33,272 nucleotides of DNA from Coriobacteriales bacterium (GCA_031263105.1 JAISGJ010000220.1:1-33272); one strand, 5' to 3'. Positions 19,101 through 27,803 are shown, numbered from the stretch's first letter. The notes: a model not told the origin generated them from the letters alone. A program made the numbers and translations.

Positions 19101-19349
19101 GCACTGACGCGACCGGAGGCCATCAAGGACTTCTACGAGAACGACGAGCTCGTGGCGATGACGCGGGAACTCACGGACGTCCTGCGCAAGAGCCGCACCA
19201 TCGACTGGCAAAAGAAGGAGTCCGCCCGCGCCGGGATGCGCCGCATGGTCAAGAAGCTCCTGAAGAAGCACAAGTACCCGCCCGAGGGCATGGACGACGC
19301 CATCACCACCGTCATAGGCCAATGCGAGATGTGGACGGACAGGCCATAA
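16179..19349 (+). CDS. hsdR: Type I restriction endonuclease subunit R
   Basis: RPD...ELK nuclease motif, HTQGSGKS Walker A, DEAH, GFTGTP, MWLTGFD and QAIARVNR. RBS GGAGGAGG. Confidence 0.97.
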   Translation: MPQDTYRYAHFTEAHYENAVIEVLRDTLGYGSVYAPDLERDYTDPLYVDELLPALRKINPKVPEAALAEAVYRLRDFEGGTLWQKNIRFMDYLQNGVPVNYHDGGEQQAELVNLVDYEDVGRNTFTVANQWTVVENSEKRPDVIVFLNGMPIVVFELKSPSREETDASEAYRQLRNYMQEIPSLFVYNAFCVMSDLATSKAGTITAEEDRFMEWKTKDGSYENTQHAQFDTFLEGMFDKARLLDIVKNFICFSDDVKILGAYHQYFAVRKAIDSTQSASGTDGKGGVFWHTQGSGKSLSMVFYAHLLQEALNSPTIVVLTDRNDLDDQLFEQFSKCADFLRQTPVQAESREHLKELLAGRRANGIIFTTAQKFEESDERLSERSNVVIIADEAHRSQFIDQAVDSKTGRVKKTFGLIIRESLPNATYIGFTGTPISSKDRSTIEVFGNYIDVYDMTQAVEDGATRPVYYESRVIHLRLDEDILRLIDAEYDLMAQSAEPYAIEKSKKELGRMDSILGAEQTLDALCEDIVRHYEENRQNELTGKAMIVSYSRPIAMGIYRKILSMRPAWAEKVGVVMTSSNDDPEEWHGVIGNKRHRDEMAKRFKDDDDPLKIAIVVDMWLTGFDVPSLATMYLYKPMAGHNLMQAIARVNRVYKDKEGGLVVDYVGIASALKQAMNDYTNRDRHNYGDTNVAKTALPKFVEKLEVCRDLMHGFDYSVFMRDSASDLDRAKTISGGVNFLTAVEPLPRPAATPTDVIGSDDYFYADKVAEGAFGAPFAHKALKASPDERETRKDSFIKEAMLLRQALSLCRSLLTPAQRLEAAYFEAVRTLLTRITGEDKPLSLKDINARVNELLKASIRSEGVINLFSDIDTGFSLFDSQFLEEIAKMKERNLAVEILKKLLAEQISLYRRTNLVKSEKFSEMLSRAMKAYLNGMLSNEEVIAELMKMAHEMQTAHEEGSAMGLTDEELAFYDALTRPEAIKDFYENDELVAMTRELTDVLRKSRTIDWQKKESARAGMRRMVKKLLKKHKYPPEGMDDAITTVIGQCEMWTDRP

Positions 19350-19367
19350 CCGGCAGTTCTCAGACCC

Positions 19368-19736
19368 CTAGCTCAGTTCGGCGATGCATTGTTCGCAATA
19401 CGCCCTCAGGGGTGCTATGTCATGTGTGATTGTCTCCCAAAGATAGTCAGTGCGAAAGTCGCCGTAATGATGGGCCGCTATGTTGCGCATCTTTATTATC
19501 TGCCGCCAAGGAACATCGGCGTGTGAGTTCTTGAATGTTGGAGAAAGATGAGTCGCCAGTTCCCCGATCTGCAGGACACCCATCGCCGTGGTGTTCCTAT
19601 AGATGAAACTGCCAGTCAATGCCTCCTTGGAGTCGCCGAGCGCCTTCTTTGCCTCCTCTATCTCATCGCAATAGACGACGATCTTCTCAAGAATCGACTT
19701 GTCGCGCTCGTTGGTCGATACGGAGTCACTGCTCAT
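19368..19736 (-). CDS. hepT: HepT-like HEPN ribonuclease toxin (DUF86)
   Basis: Start ATG 19736 overlaps the upstream gene. QIGE, VPWRQI, and the Rx4HxY motif RNIAAHHY. Confidence 0.9.
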   Translation of the reverse strand: MSSDSVSTNERDKSILEKIVVYCDEIEEAKKALGDSKEALTGSFIYRNTTAMGVLQIGELATHLSPTFKNSHADVPWRQIIKMRNIAAHHYGDFRTDYLWETITHDIAPLRAYCEQCIAELS

Positions 19737-20034
19737 AGACGACCACCTCGTGAGGGGCGATGCGGTCTCTGAATTCCTCACTGAGGGCATCGTCGGTGAG
19801 GAGGTCCACCGGCATCCCGAAGCTGTCCTCCAAGGCCAGCTGAAAGCCCGCCAACTGGATGAGGCCGCGAAGCGAGCCACGGTCAACGATACGAAAGTCC
19901 AAGTCGCTGTCCGAGGTAGGCGCGCCAACAGCATACGACCCAAAGAGGGAAACCTTGGCGACACCGTACTGACGGGCAATCGGCGTCACCTTTCGAGATA
20001 TTTCTGCTATGTCGTAATACTGGATCGACTTCAT
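19726..20034 (-). CDS. mntA: MntA-like minimal nucleotidyltransferase antitoxin
   Basis: LFGSYA.G....SDLD (GSx10DxD) and VDLLT. Extended -10 TGgTATACT at 20051-20059 on the minus strand. Confidence 0.9.
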   Translation of the reverse strand: MKSIQYYDIAEISRKVTPIARQYGVAKVSLFGSYAVGAPTSDSDLDFRIVDRGSLRGLIQLAGFQLALEDSFGMPVDLLTDDALSEEFRDRIAPHEVVVYEQ

Positions 20035-20075
20035 CTTCGTCACCACCAGCAGTATACCATCGACACGGCTCTGCT

Positions 20076-20280
20076 GGCCTATGGAACCGCCCGCTTCTCG
20101 TTGCCGCCGAGCGACATGGCCCGAGCCGTTCCAGCACGGATGTGCGACCGGGCTTGCGGCGGCGGCCCTCGTCCGGCTGCGGGCCGATGGGGTAGAATGG
20201 ATCTACGTTGTTTATCAGGGGATACCCGCGAGGGCAAAGGCGACAGGAGGGCGTCACGTGGACATGAGGCGGCAGCGGGC
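20076..20280 (+). repeat. right copy of the duplicated R-M leader (uninterrupted, MITE-empty allele)
   Basis: Aligns with 10071-10698 once the MITE is removed. Includes TAGAAT (20193-20198), RBS AGGAGG and the first codons of the MmeI-like gene. Confidence 0.85.
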
Positions 20281-23047
20281 GGCAGCGGCGGCCTTCGCCG
20301 GGAAGTGGGCGGGGCGCGGCTACGAGAAGGGCGACACCGCCCCGTTCTGGCTGGAGTTCCTGCGCGAGTGCCTGGGCGTGGCCGACCCCGACTCACTGGC
20401 CAGGTTCGAGAGGCGCACCGACGCGGGGTTCCCCGACGTGACCATCTCAGACACCGGGGTCATCATCGAGCAGAAGTCCCTGGGGGTGGACCTCGACAAG
20501 GCCGAGACCCGCCAGAGGCGGCAGGTCACCCCCTACGAGCAGGCGCTCAGCTACGCCCAGTCGCTGCCCCCCTCGCAAAGCCCGCGCTTCATCGTCACCT
20601 GCAACTTCGAGACCTTCCGCATCTACGACCGCGAGGCCGACCAGTCCGGCGAGGCCTTCACGCAGGTCGGGCTCGAGGAGCTGCCCGAGCAGGTGCACCT
20701 GTTCGGCTTCATGGCAGACCCCGCCAACTCCCGCACGGAGCGCGAGCGCAAGGTCTCCGTCGAGGCGGGCGCGCTCATCGGGGAGCTGCACCGCAGGCTC
20801 CGGGCCCAGTACCCCGACCCGGAGGGCGCCGAGAGCCGCCACTCGCTGAACGTGCTCTGCGTCCGGCTGGTCTTCCTGCTCTTCGCCGAGGACGCGGGGC
20901 TGCTCGGGAGGAAGGACTTCCTCTACGACTACCTGCGGGAGGTGCCCGCCGGCAAGGGGATGTTCCGCCGCGCCCTGCTCGACCTCTTCGACGTGCTGGA
21001 CACGCCCGCAGACGAGCGCAGGCTCTACCCGGGGGACGCGCTCGCCGGCTTCCCCCACATCAACGGCGGCCTGTTCGCAGAGCGCATCGAGGTCCCCGTC
21101 TTCACCGACGACATCAAGCACCACCTGCTCCAGAGGACCTCCCTGGGCTTCGACTGGTCGGCGATAAGCCCGGTCGTCTTCGGCGGGGTCTTCGAGTCCA
21201 CCCTGAACCCCGAGACCCGCGCCGGCGGCGGCATGCACTACACGAGCGTCGAGAACATCCACAAGGTCATAGGCCCGCTGTTCTTAGACGCGCTCGAGGA
21301 GGAGCTCGACGGCATCGTCGCCGCAGGGCTGCCGGAGAGGGCCTTGGCGCAGCGGCTCCGGGGCTTCCAGGACAGGCTCGCGTCCCTGCGCTTCCTCGAC
21401 CCCGCCTGCGGCTCCGGCAACTTCCTCACCGAGGCCTACCTCTGCCTGCGCCGCCTGGAGAACCGCGCTCTCATGCGGCTCCACGGCGGGCAGGGCACGC
21501 TCGACCTCGGCGACGGCGGCGCCGTCAAGGTGGGCCTCTCGCAGTTCTACGGCATCGAGATAAACGACTTCGCCGTGCGCGTGGCCGCCACCGCACTCTG
21601 GATAGCCGAGCTCCAAGCCAACCGGGAGAGCGAGGGCGTCACCCACCGCGCCATCGAGGACTTCCCCCTCAAGGACAGCGCCAACATCGTGCTCGCCAAC
21701 GCCCTCGCCACCGACTGGGACGACGTGCTGCCCGCCGACGAGTGCAGCTACGTCATGGGCAACCCGCCGTTCTTGGGGTATTCGACCATGAGCAAGCAAC
21801 AGGCGGCGGAGATGCAGGCCATCTTCGAGGGCACCAAGGGAGCCGGCACGCTTGACTACGTAGCCGCCTGGTACAGGAAGGCCGCCGACTACTCGGACGA
21901 CACGGGCGTCCACTGCGCCTTCGTCTCAACCAACTCGATCTGTCAAGGGCAGCAGGTCGAGCCGCTCTGGAAGCCTCTGTTCGAGCGCGGCATCCACATC
22001 AACTTCGCCCACAAGAGCTTCGTCTGGAACAGCGAGGCGACAGACCTCGCCCACGTTCACGTCGTCGTCGTCGGGTTCTCGCACGAGCCTGACCGACCGC
22101 TCCTGTTCGAGTACCTGGGCGGAAGGGGCGCGGCGACCGTCCGCCCGGTGAACAACATCAACGCCTATCTCGTAGACGCAGACAATGTGTTCGTCGCAAA
22201 GCGGTCGAAGCCGATGAGCGACGTGCCGCCCATGACCGCCGGAGGCAAGCCCACGGAGGGAGGCAACCTCATCCTGTCCCAAGACGAGAGGGACGAGCTA
22301 GTCTGCAGGGAGCCGCTTGCCGAGAGGTACATCCGCAGCTACTCGATGGGCGCCGAGTTCATCAACGGCATCCCCCGCTACTGCCTGTGGCTCGTGGACT
22401 GCCCTCCCCACGAGCTGCGCCAGATGCCCCTCGTGCGGGAGCGGGTCGAGCGGGTGCGCGAAATGCGCCTGGCGAGCTCGAAGGATGCGACGCGCAGAAA
22501 GGCCGCCACGCCGACGCTGTTCGATGAGATACGAGCGATTTCCGGTGACCACTATATAGCAGTACCGCAGGTCTCCTCCGAGAGACGAAACTACATACCC
22601 ATCGGGTTCCTGACGAACCAGACGGTTCCGGGCAACATGCTCTTCGTGATCGGAGGGGCCGACACGTACCTGTTCGGATTGCTCACCTCCCAGTTCCACA
22701 ACGCCTGGATGCGCACGATCGCCGGACGGCTGAAGTCAGATTATCGCTATTCGAACACACTGGTCTACAACACCTTCGTCTTCCCCGACGCGACTGAGGG
22801 GCAGAAGCAGGGAATCTCGGCTCGTGCCCAAGCGGTCCTTGATGCCCGCGCCAAATTCCCCGAAAGCTCCCTCGCCGACCTCTACGACCCCCTCGCCATG
22901 CCGCCCGACCTCCTCCGCGCCCACCGCTCCCTCGACCGCGCCGTCGAGCAGGCCTACGGCGTCACCTTCAACGGCGACGAGGAGCGAATTGTCGCGCATT
23001 TATTTGGGTTGTACTCGCAGGAAATCGAACATTTCGATGCCCAGTAA
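20258..23047 (+). CDS. MmeI-like type IIL fused restriction endonuclease / N6-adenine methyltransferase
   Basis: GTG start 7 nt after AGGAGG. N-terminal F...W......E....FW and PD...IEQKS nuclease motif, GMHYTS, FLDPACGSGNFL, GNPPF, VSSERR.YIP, GRLKSDYRYS and LADLYDP..MP. Confidence 0.92.
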   Translation: MDMRRQRAAAAAFAGKWAGRGYEKGDTAPFWLEFLRECLGVADPDSLARFERRTDAGFPDVTISDTGVIIEQKSLGVDLDKAETRQRRQVTPYEQALSYAQSLPPSQSPRFIVTCNFETFRIYDREADQSGEAFTQVGLEELPEQVHLFGFMADPANSRTERERKVSVEAGALIGELHRRLRAQYPDPEGAESRHSLNVLCVRLVFLLFAEDAGLLGRKDFLYDYLREVPAGKGMFRRALLDLFDVLDTPADERRLYPGDALAGFPHINGGLFAERIEVPVFTDDIKHHLLQRTSLGFDWSAISPVVFGGVFESTLNPETRAGGGMHYTSVENIHKVIGPLFLDALEEELDGIVAAGLPERALAQRLRGFQDRLASLRFLDPACGSGNFLTEAYLCLRRLENRALMRLHGGQGTLDLGDGGAVKVGLSQFYGIEINDFAVRVAATALWIAELQANRESEGVTHRAIEDFPLKDSANIVLANALATDWDDVLPADECSYVMGNPPFLGYSTMSKQQAAEMQAIFEGTKGAGTLDYVAAWYRKAADYSDDTGVHCAFVSTNSICQGQQVEPLWKPLFERGIHINFAHKSFVWNSEATDLAHVHVVVVGFSHEPDRPLLFEYLGGRGAATVRPVNNINAYLVDADNVFVAKRSKPMSDVPPMTAGGKPTEGGNLILSQDERDELVCREPLAERYIRSYSMGAEFINGIPRYCLWLVDCPPHELRQMPLVRERVERVREMRLASSKDATRRKAATPTLFDEIRAISGDHYIAVPQVSSERRNYIPIGFLTNQTVPGNMLFVIGGADTYLFGLLTSQFHNAWMRTIAGRLKSDYRYSNTLVYNTFVFPDATEGQKQGISARAQAVLDARAKFPESSLADLYDPLAMPPDLLRAHRSLDRAVEQAYGVTFNGDEERIVAHLFGLYSQEIEHFDAQ

Positions 23048-23117
23048 ATTCTGCGTCACTATTTCTTTGAAGCACGCTTTTAAGGCGTGAAACTTGAGAA
23101 TGGGAAATGAGGCAGTG

Positions 23118-24467
23118 ATGAAGCTCGAATACATATTAATTCCAACAGATGAAACAGATGATGAAGCTACTGCTCAAACAGTACGAGCATTTCTAAAGAG
23201 GCGGTTCAGGGCAGTAAGGGTAGATACGTTGGATTTGGAGTATCGCAAGAAGATAATAAGCGTACCTTATACGTTAAGGAAAAGTGAAGGTAGTGCAAGT
23301 ACACGATTCCATTTTTCTGTCGAACTATCCAACTTTCAGCGGGATTACCAGAGTCGTATTCTCTCAAAAGTCCATTCGCTAGTCTCCGAAGGGGAACGAC
23401 AACACTTTTATATCTTGCTTGTGCGAGATGATGTCAGCGCCTATTGTGCGGAAAGAATCTATCCTTCGCTATACCAACTGGAATCTCGGGTACGCTCCAT
23501 TCTCTACAAATTGCTTACAAAAGCCCTTGGACGTTACTGGTATGCGCAAGAAATGCCTAGCAAGCTAAAGAAGAACATTCAGAAGAAAATCAAGACATCG
23601 CCCAAACACTCGGAAGAAGAGGTGGTGGTAGAACGGGCACTGCAGGAACTCACCTTCAATGAACTTATTGAATGGTTACTGAGGAAATCAAGAGAGAACT
23701 CGCCTGACAAGATAATAGATGATGACCTAAGGGATGAAATTATATGCAACCTTAGCAAAGAAGAGATAATCGAAAAGGTGGCCACCGCACGCGAAAAGAC
23801 ATTATGGAGCAGATACCGTGCGGACTATTTTGAGATTGTCGGATTCGAAGAAAAGCTTGGAAAGCTCAAGGACGTCCGTAATGCTGTCTGCCATTGCAAG
23901 TTTTTTCATTGGGACGACCTGAGTTCAGCGAAGGCTCTATTTAAGGAAGGCGACTTGCTCGAATCTCTTGACAAGGGAATTGATAAAATTGACAGCGAAG
24001 ACATGACCGCTGAATTTGCTGCAGACGTTCTCCGGGATTCGGCATTAGGTCTCTCTGGACTCTCCGAAATGTTCAGCGAGTTATTGTATCCCCATGCAAT
24101 GAAGCTGTCGGAAATACTAGCCGACGCGATAGGCCCGATTACACAAAATTTCACGTCAGACATCCTTCAGCCCATCGCTAGGCCACTATCTGTTGCACAA
24201 ACGGAGCAAGCAGAGATGCTAAAAAGCTTCTTGGGTGCCATTATGCCCAAATACAATTTCACATCCGCAATCTCAAGCGTAACGGACTTTGGGATACACG
24301 AGGACATTGCTTCCCAAATGCTAAACTTACGAGGTCAATCATATGCAAACAATATGAGAACCACCATTTCTGCCCTTCCGTTAAAATGTTCAGGCTTACC
24401 AAGTAAAGACAAGGGCTTCGCGCAAATAGACAATAAGCACCATGTCGAGGAGAAGGATAAAGATTGA
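23118..24467 (+). CDS. HEPN-domain protein (Swt1-like HEPN), putative defence ribonuclease
   Basis: Y..LY.LE..VR......W...L.F.ELI...W.......L...RNAVCH (Rx4H). Visibly AT-richer than the flanking genes. Start is uncertain (23100 or 23118). Confidence 0.7.
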   Translation: MKLEYILIPTDETDDEATAQTVRAFLKRRFRAVRVDTLDLEYRKKIISVPYTLRKSEGSASTRFHFSVELSNFQRDYQSRILSKVHSLVSEGERQHFYILLVRDDVSAYCAERIYPSLYQLESRVRSILYKLLTKALGRYWYAQEMPSKLKKNIQKKIKTSPKHSEEEVVVERALQELTFNELIEWLLRKSRENSPDKIIDDDLRDEIICNLSKEEIIEKVATAREKTLWSRYRADYFEIVGFEEKLGKLKDVRNAVCHCKFFHWDDLSSAKALFKEGDLLESLDKGIDKIDSEDMTAEFAADVLRDSALGLSGLSEMFSELLYPHAMKLSEILADAIGPITQNFTSDILQPIARPLSVAQTEQAEMLKSFLGAIMPKYNFTSAISSVTDFGIHEDIASQMLNLRGQSYANNMRTTISALPLKCSGLPSKDKGFAQIDNKHHVEEKDKD

Positions 24468-24510
24468 TGTTGAATCCACTGGCTGCAATTAGAGATAGGT
24501 GCGTAACATC

Positions 24511-26019
24511 ATGACCAACGAACACCTACACAAACTACTCGCCGAGGGCGAGGGCCTCACGGTCGAGTTCAAGGAGAGCACGAGCACCCTGAGCAACGCC
24601 GTGTTCGAGACCGTCAGCTCCTTCTCCAACCGCTATGGCGGCCATATACTCATCGGCGTCAAGGATGACGGCACGGTGCTTGGCGTGAGTCGCAATGCCG
24701 CTGGCTCGATGAAGAGGAACTTCGCCAACACCCTCAACAACCCCGAGCGCATGGCCCCCACGCTGTTCCTGAACCTAGAAGAGGCGGAGGTCGACGGCAG
24801 GCTCGTCCTCTATGCATACGTCCCCGCAAGCTCGCAGATACAGATGTTCTCCTCGCGGATATACGACCGCAACGAGGACGGTGACATGGACATCACCAAC
24901 TCCACCGACCTTATCGCCCAAATGTCCATCCGCAAGTCCAACAGCTTCACCGAGCGCAAGGTGTTCCCATACGCAACCTCAGACGACCTTCTGTTAAACG
25001 AACTGATGCCCGTCGTGCGCCGCAAGGCGGTAGGTCGGCAGGCTGGGCACCCGTGGGGCGATATGAGCGATATGGAGATACTGCTCAGCGCCGGCCTATA
25101 CGAGAAGGACAGGGTTACCGGCAAGGAGGGCTTCAACCTCGCAGCCCTCATGCTCTTCGGGCGCGACGAGATAATCCAGCAGGCGTCCCCCGGCTACGTG
25201 ACGGACTGCCTGCTGCGGGTGAAGGACATCGACCGCTACGACGACCGCGAGCGTGTGGACTGCAATCTCATCCAGGCATTCGACAAATGCATGGCGTTCA
25301 TCCGCAAGCACACCATCGACCCGTTCTTCCTCATCGACGACCTCAATGCCAGCGTTCGCGACAAGATCGCTAAGGAGTTGGTTTCCAACATCCTCGTCCA
25401 CCGAGAGTTCTCAAGCCCCATGCCAGGACGCATCGTCATCGAGAAGAACAGGATGACTGGCGAGAACTGGAATCGCTCGCTGCACCCCGGCCACCTTACA
25501 CCGGAGAGCTTCGAGCCCTATCCCAAGAATCCCATTCTCTCGCGCTTCTTCGTGAACATCGGCTACGCCGACACACTCGGGTCTGGTGTACGCAATCTGT
25601 TCAAATTCGTGAAGATGTACTCTGGCTCAGAACCGGAGTTACTTGAGAGCGATGTCTTCAAGACGATTATCCCGCTACCGCAGCTTGACGCAGAAAGCGT
25701 TAAGGTTGTGAGCTACGTTGCAGTGAGTGCTGCTCAAAGCACAAATACAGGTGAAACTGAAATTGGAAATACAACTGAAGGACAGGGCAATGCAACCACA
25801 AATGCAACTGTAACTCAATTCGGTGCAGCTGCAAATGCAACTGAAAATCAGATTCTTAACGCTGTTCGAAAAGAAAGGGCCATTTCATATGACGAGCTGG
25901 CGCAAAGGCTCTCGAAGGATAGAACGACAATCTACCGAAATATCAGGGCTCTTAAAGATAGAGGTATCTTGGAACGCGTTGGCCCTAATAAGGGCGGACA
26001 CTGGAGGATTCTAAAATAG
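24511..26019 (+). CDS. AlbA_2 (Schlafen-like) + HATPase_c_4 + C-terminal HTH protein
   Basis: EG..VEFK, SFSN..GG.I.IGV.DDG, ELVSN..VHR, PKNP.L..F, GSGVR, and C-terminal wHTH LERVG..KGGHW. Confidence 0.88.
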   Translation: MTNEHLHKLLAEGEGLTVEFKESTSTLSNAVFETVSSFSNRYGGHILIGVKDDGTVLGVSRNAAGSMKRNFANTLNNPERMAPTLFLNLEEAEVDGRLVLYAYVPASSQIQMFSSRIYDRNEDGDMDITNSTDLIAQMSIRKSNSFTERKVFPYATSDDLLLNELMPVVRRKAVGRQAGHPWGDMSDMEILLSAGLYEKDRVTGKEGFNLAALMLFGRDEIIQQASPGYVTDCLLRVKDIDRYDDRERVDCNLIQAFDKCMAFIRKHTIDPFFLIDDLNASVRDKIAKELVSNILVHREFSSPMPGRIVIEKNRMTGENWNRSLHPGHLTPESFEPYPKNPILSRFFVNIGYADTLGSGVRNLFKFVKMYSGSEPELLESDVFKTIIPLPQLDAESVKVVSYVAVSAAQSTNTGETEIGNTTEGQGNATTNATVTQFGAAANATENQILNAVRKERAISYDELAQRLSKDRTTIYRNIRALKDRGILERVGPNKGGHWRILK

Positions 26020-26030
26020 TGGAGGAGGCC

Positions 26031-26087
26031 ATGTCTGACGTGTGCAAAATTTGCGGTGCAGAGACCCGGCTTGATTCATTGCAGTAG
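26031..26087 (+). other. 18-codon CxxC mini-ORF with strong RBS (probable gene remnant)
   Basis: GGAGGAGG 2 nt before ATG. Reads MSDVCKICGAETRLDSLQ*. Confidence 0.3.
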
Positions 26088-26171
26088 GGGGCATCTGCCA
26101 TAGGGAGCCTCCTAACCGTGCCACGAGTCGTAACAAAACAGTAGTCACCGGAATCGCTGAAAGGAATTGAA

Positions 26172-26345
26172 ATGCTTAACGAAAACGACTATTGCAAATG
26201 TGCGCACCCGTCATCTATCACGGCTACGGTGGACGAATGGGGTTATTGGGATACCTGTTGCGACTGCAATAAGCCACTTGAAGATGGCTTCCATGACTAC
26301 AATCACTACGATGGAAAAGATCACGACAATAGCGATTTGTACTGA
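26172..26345 (+). CDS. small Cys/His/Asp-rich protein (57 aa), possible zinc finger
   Basis: Below the ORF-track cutoff. RBS AAAGGA. MLNENDYCKCAHPSSITATVDEWGYWDTCCDCNKPLEDGFHDYNHYDGKDHDNSDLY contains CxC...CxxC. Confidence 0.6.
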   Translation: MLNENDYCKCAHPSSITATVDEWGYWDTCCDCNKPLEDGFHDYNHYDGKDHDNSDLY

Positions 26346-26373
26346 TTATTCGTCCAAGACACCGTAACATGAC

Positions 26374-26619
26374 TCAGATGGCTATGCCGAGCAACGCCAG
26401 TACCGGGCAGCACGCGAACACGACAACGTACATCATCCCCACCAATATCACGACAACGATGGCTTCGCCCGCCCAGCCTCTCCTTTGGCCTTGTTCTCTG
26501 TTGGGCCCTTTCGTCCGCGCTATCGGTGCCTCTCGTTCGGCACGGCCTTGCTCCCTCGTCTCCTCTTTCCTAAGCAAGTAATCCTCCATCTGCCTGAAGC
26601 AATAAATCGGCATCTCCAT
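26374..26619 (-). CDS. small membrane protein (81 aa), hypothetical
   Basis: Charged N-terminus followed by a long hydrophobic C-terminus. Converges on the 57-aa ORF. Confidence 0.45.
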   Translation of the reverse strand: MEMPIYCFRQMEDYLLRKEETREQGRAEREAPIARTKGPNREQGQRRGWAGEAIVVVILVGMMYVVVFACCPVLALLGIAI

Positions 26620-26875
26620 AGAGAACCCGTTTCCAATTCTCCCACACGTAATTGAGGCATATTGTATGCTGCCTTAAGGACTGAGGCAATCCTTTCACTG
26701 CCTTGAGGAGCAGGTGCGGCGCCGTTCAGCCGCTCTGAGGCCCGCGACTTCTTGGATGTTGACAGGATACGAACCTCCGGCCTTTACTCCGACGACATGC
26801 CGCTGGCAATGATTCGCCAGCGTGCCCCCAGCTTCGAGATGGGCATGTTCGTTCAGCAGCTTGAGCACATAAATC

Positions 26876-27027
26876 GTTACCGTTCACATCCCACTGTCAT
26901 TCTGAGCGAAGCGCCCGCACGGGCGCGCAGCGTGAGAATCCTTGGGCACGCAGTGTCCAACTGGCCCGGTTGGGCGCTGGTGCTCTCAAAGATTCCTCGA
27001 CTTCGCTCGGAATGACAGTGGGGTGTG
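26876..27027. mobile_element. MITE copy 4 (right end truncated)
   Basis: Left end GTTACCGTTCACATCCCACTGTCATT. Internal TTGGGCACGCAGTGTCCAA palindrome shared with copies 1 and 2. Right end GAATGACAGTGGGGTGTG lacks the outer AACRGTAAC and any target duplication. Confidence 0.75.
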
Positions 27028-27103
27028 CAGTTGGAGCAGATAGAGTCCAGATTCAACGAGTGGATTGAAGCGCTCAAGGGCTTGGGGCGCAATGAAGCGG
27101 ATG

Positions 27104-27132
27104 CCGGAGATGCCCTTACGGAACACCCCCGG
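27104..27132 (-). terminator. stem-loop downstream of the cytochrome gene
   Basis: Minus strand CCGGGGGUGUUC-CGUAA-GGGCAUCUCCGG pairs over 12 bp with G:U pairs. No U-tract. Confidence 0.4.
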
Positions 27133-27181
27133 ACTTCCTGACAGGTCTGCCGACTGAATCATTTCCCGTCTGCGAGACGGG

Positions 27182-27790
27182 TCAGACGCGATGGCACGTG
27201 CCGCATTCGTATACGTCTTCGTGGTGGCAGGTCAGGCATGCTTTCGGGGCCGTCTCGATCACTGGATCAGAACCGTGCATCTTATGACAGGATGAGCAGG
27301 TGACGTTTCTGGCATGGTCGTCGTTGACGGGAAGGTCGTGCGGATTGACCACCGTACCTTTGGAATCAGTCAATATGGTCGTACTCTCCGTCTCGGTCTT
27401 GAGGGCACCGGCATTGTGGCAGTCTAGGCAGACCTCCGATGAGACCTCGGTCTTTTTCAGCTTGACGGGCACCTTGGCTGTCCCATAATCCTCATGCGCC
27501 TTCATCAAGGCTCCGTCATTATCGACATGGCAAGTGCCGCACCGTACTCCTTGCTGACCTGCGTGGTGGAAATATGCAGTAGTTGTGTCGCTCTCCGATT
27601 GCACTTCGGCGGTATGGCAGCTTGAGCAATCCATGTCTATGGCCCAAGTTGGCAGTTCGACGGAAGACATCTCTCCTGCGAATGTCGCAGCATGGGAATC
27701 CGGGGCCGCCTGCCTAGGGGCACATGCCACAAGGACAATGGCACAGACAAGGACGATGGGAGCAAAGAGCAGTCCGGTCTTCCTTGTCAT
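27182..27790 (-). CDS. multiheme c-type cytochrome lipoprotein (6 CxxCH)
   Basis: CSSCH, CGTCH, CLDCH, CSSCH, CLTCH, CGTCH. Signal peptide with LVAC lipobox. VNPH motif. Start ATG 27790. Confidence 0.92.
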   Translation of the reverse strand: MTRKTGLLFAPIVLVCAIVLVACAPRQAAPDSHAATFAGEMSSVELPTWAIDMDCSSCHTAEVQSESDTTTAYFHHAGQQGVRCGTCHVDNDGALMKAHEDYGTAKVPVKLKKTEVSSEVCLDCHNAGALKTETESTTILTDSKGTVVNPHDLPVNDDHARNVTCSSCHKMHGSDPVIETAPKACLTCHHEDVYECGTCHRV

Positions 27791-27803
27791 GTGCGACACC
27801 CCC

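Larger units (their letters stand above)
26713..27141 (+). pseudogene. C-terminal remnant of an AbiEii/AbiGii-like nucleotidyltransferase, interrupted by MITE copy 4
   Basis: 26713-26875 reads GAAPFSRSEARDFLDVDRIRTSG...FEMGMFVQQLE (R...RDF.D motif). 27028-27141 reads QLEQIESRFNEWIEAL. There is no N-terminal part. Confidence 0.45.

Noticed and set aside
19737..19979. N-terminal extension of the HepT ORF suggesting a fusion
   Set aside because: It overlaps mntA in another frame. HepT starts at ATG 19736 in the usual coupled arrangement.
20081..20257. 59-aa N-terminal extension of the MmeI-like ORF
   Set aside because: This is the duplicated non-coding leader containing the -10 box. The RBS supports GTG 20258.
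19699..21855. 718-aa ORF and similar long alternative-frame ORFs (2404..3897, 10784..11725, 17013..18515, 17183..18283)
   Set aside because: Arg/Pro/Gly-rich or antisense shadows of high-GC genes with no recognisable motifs.
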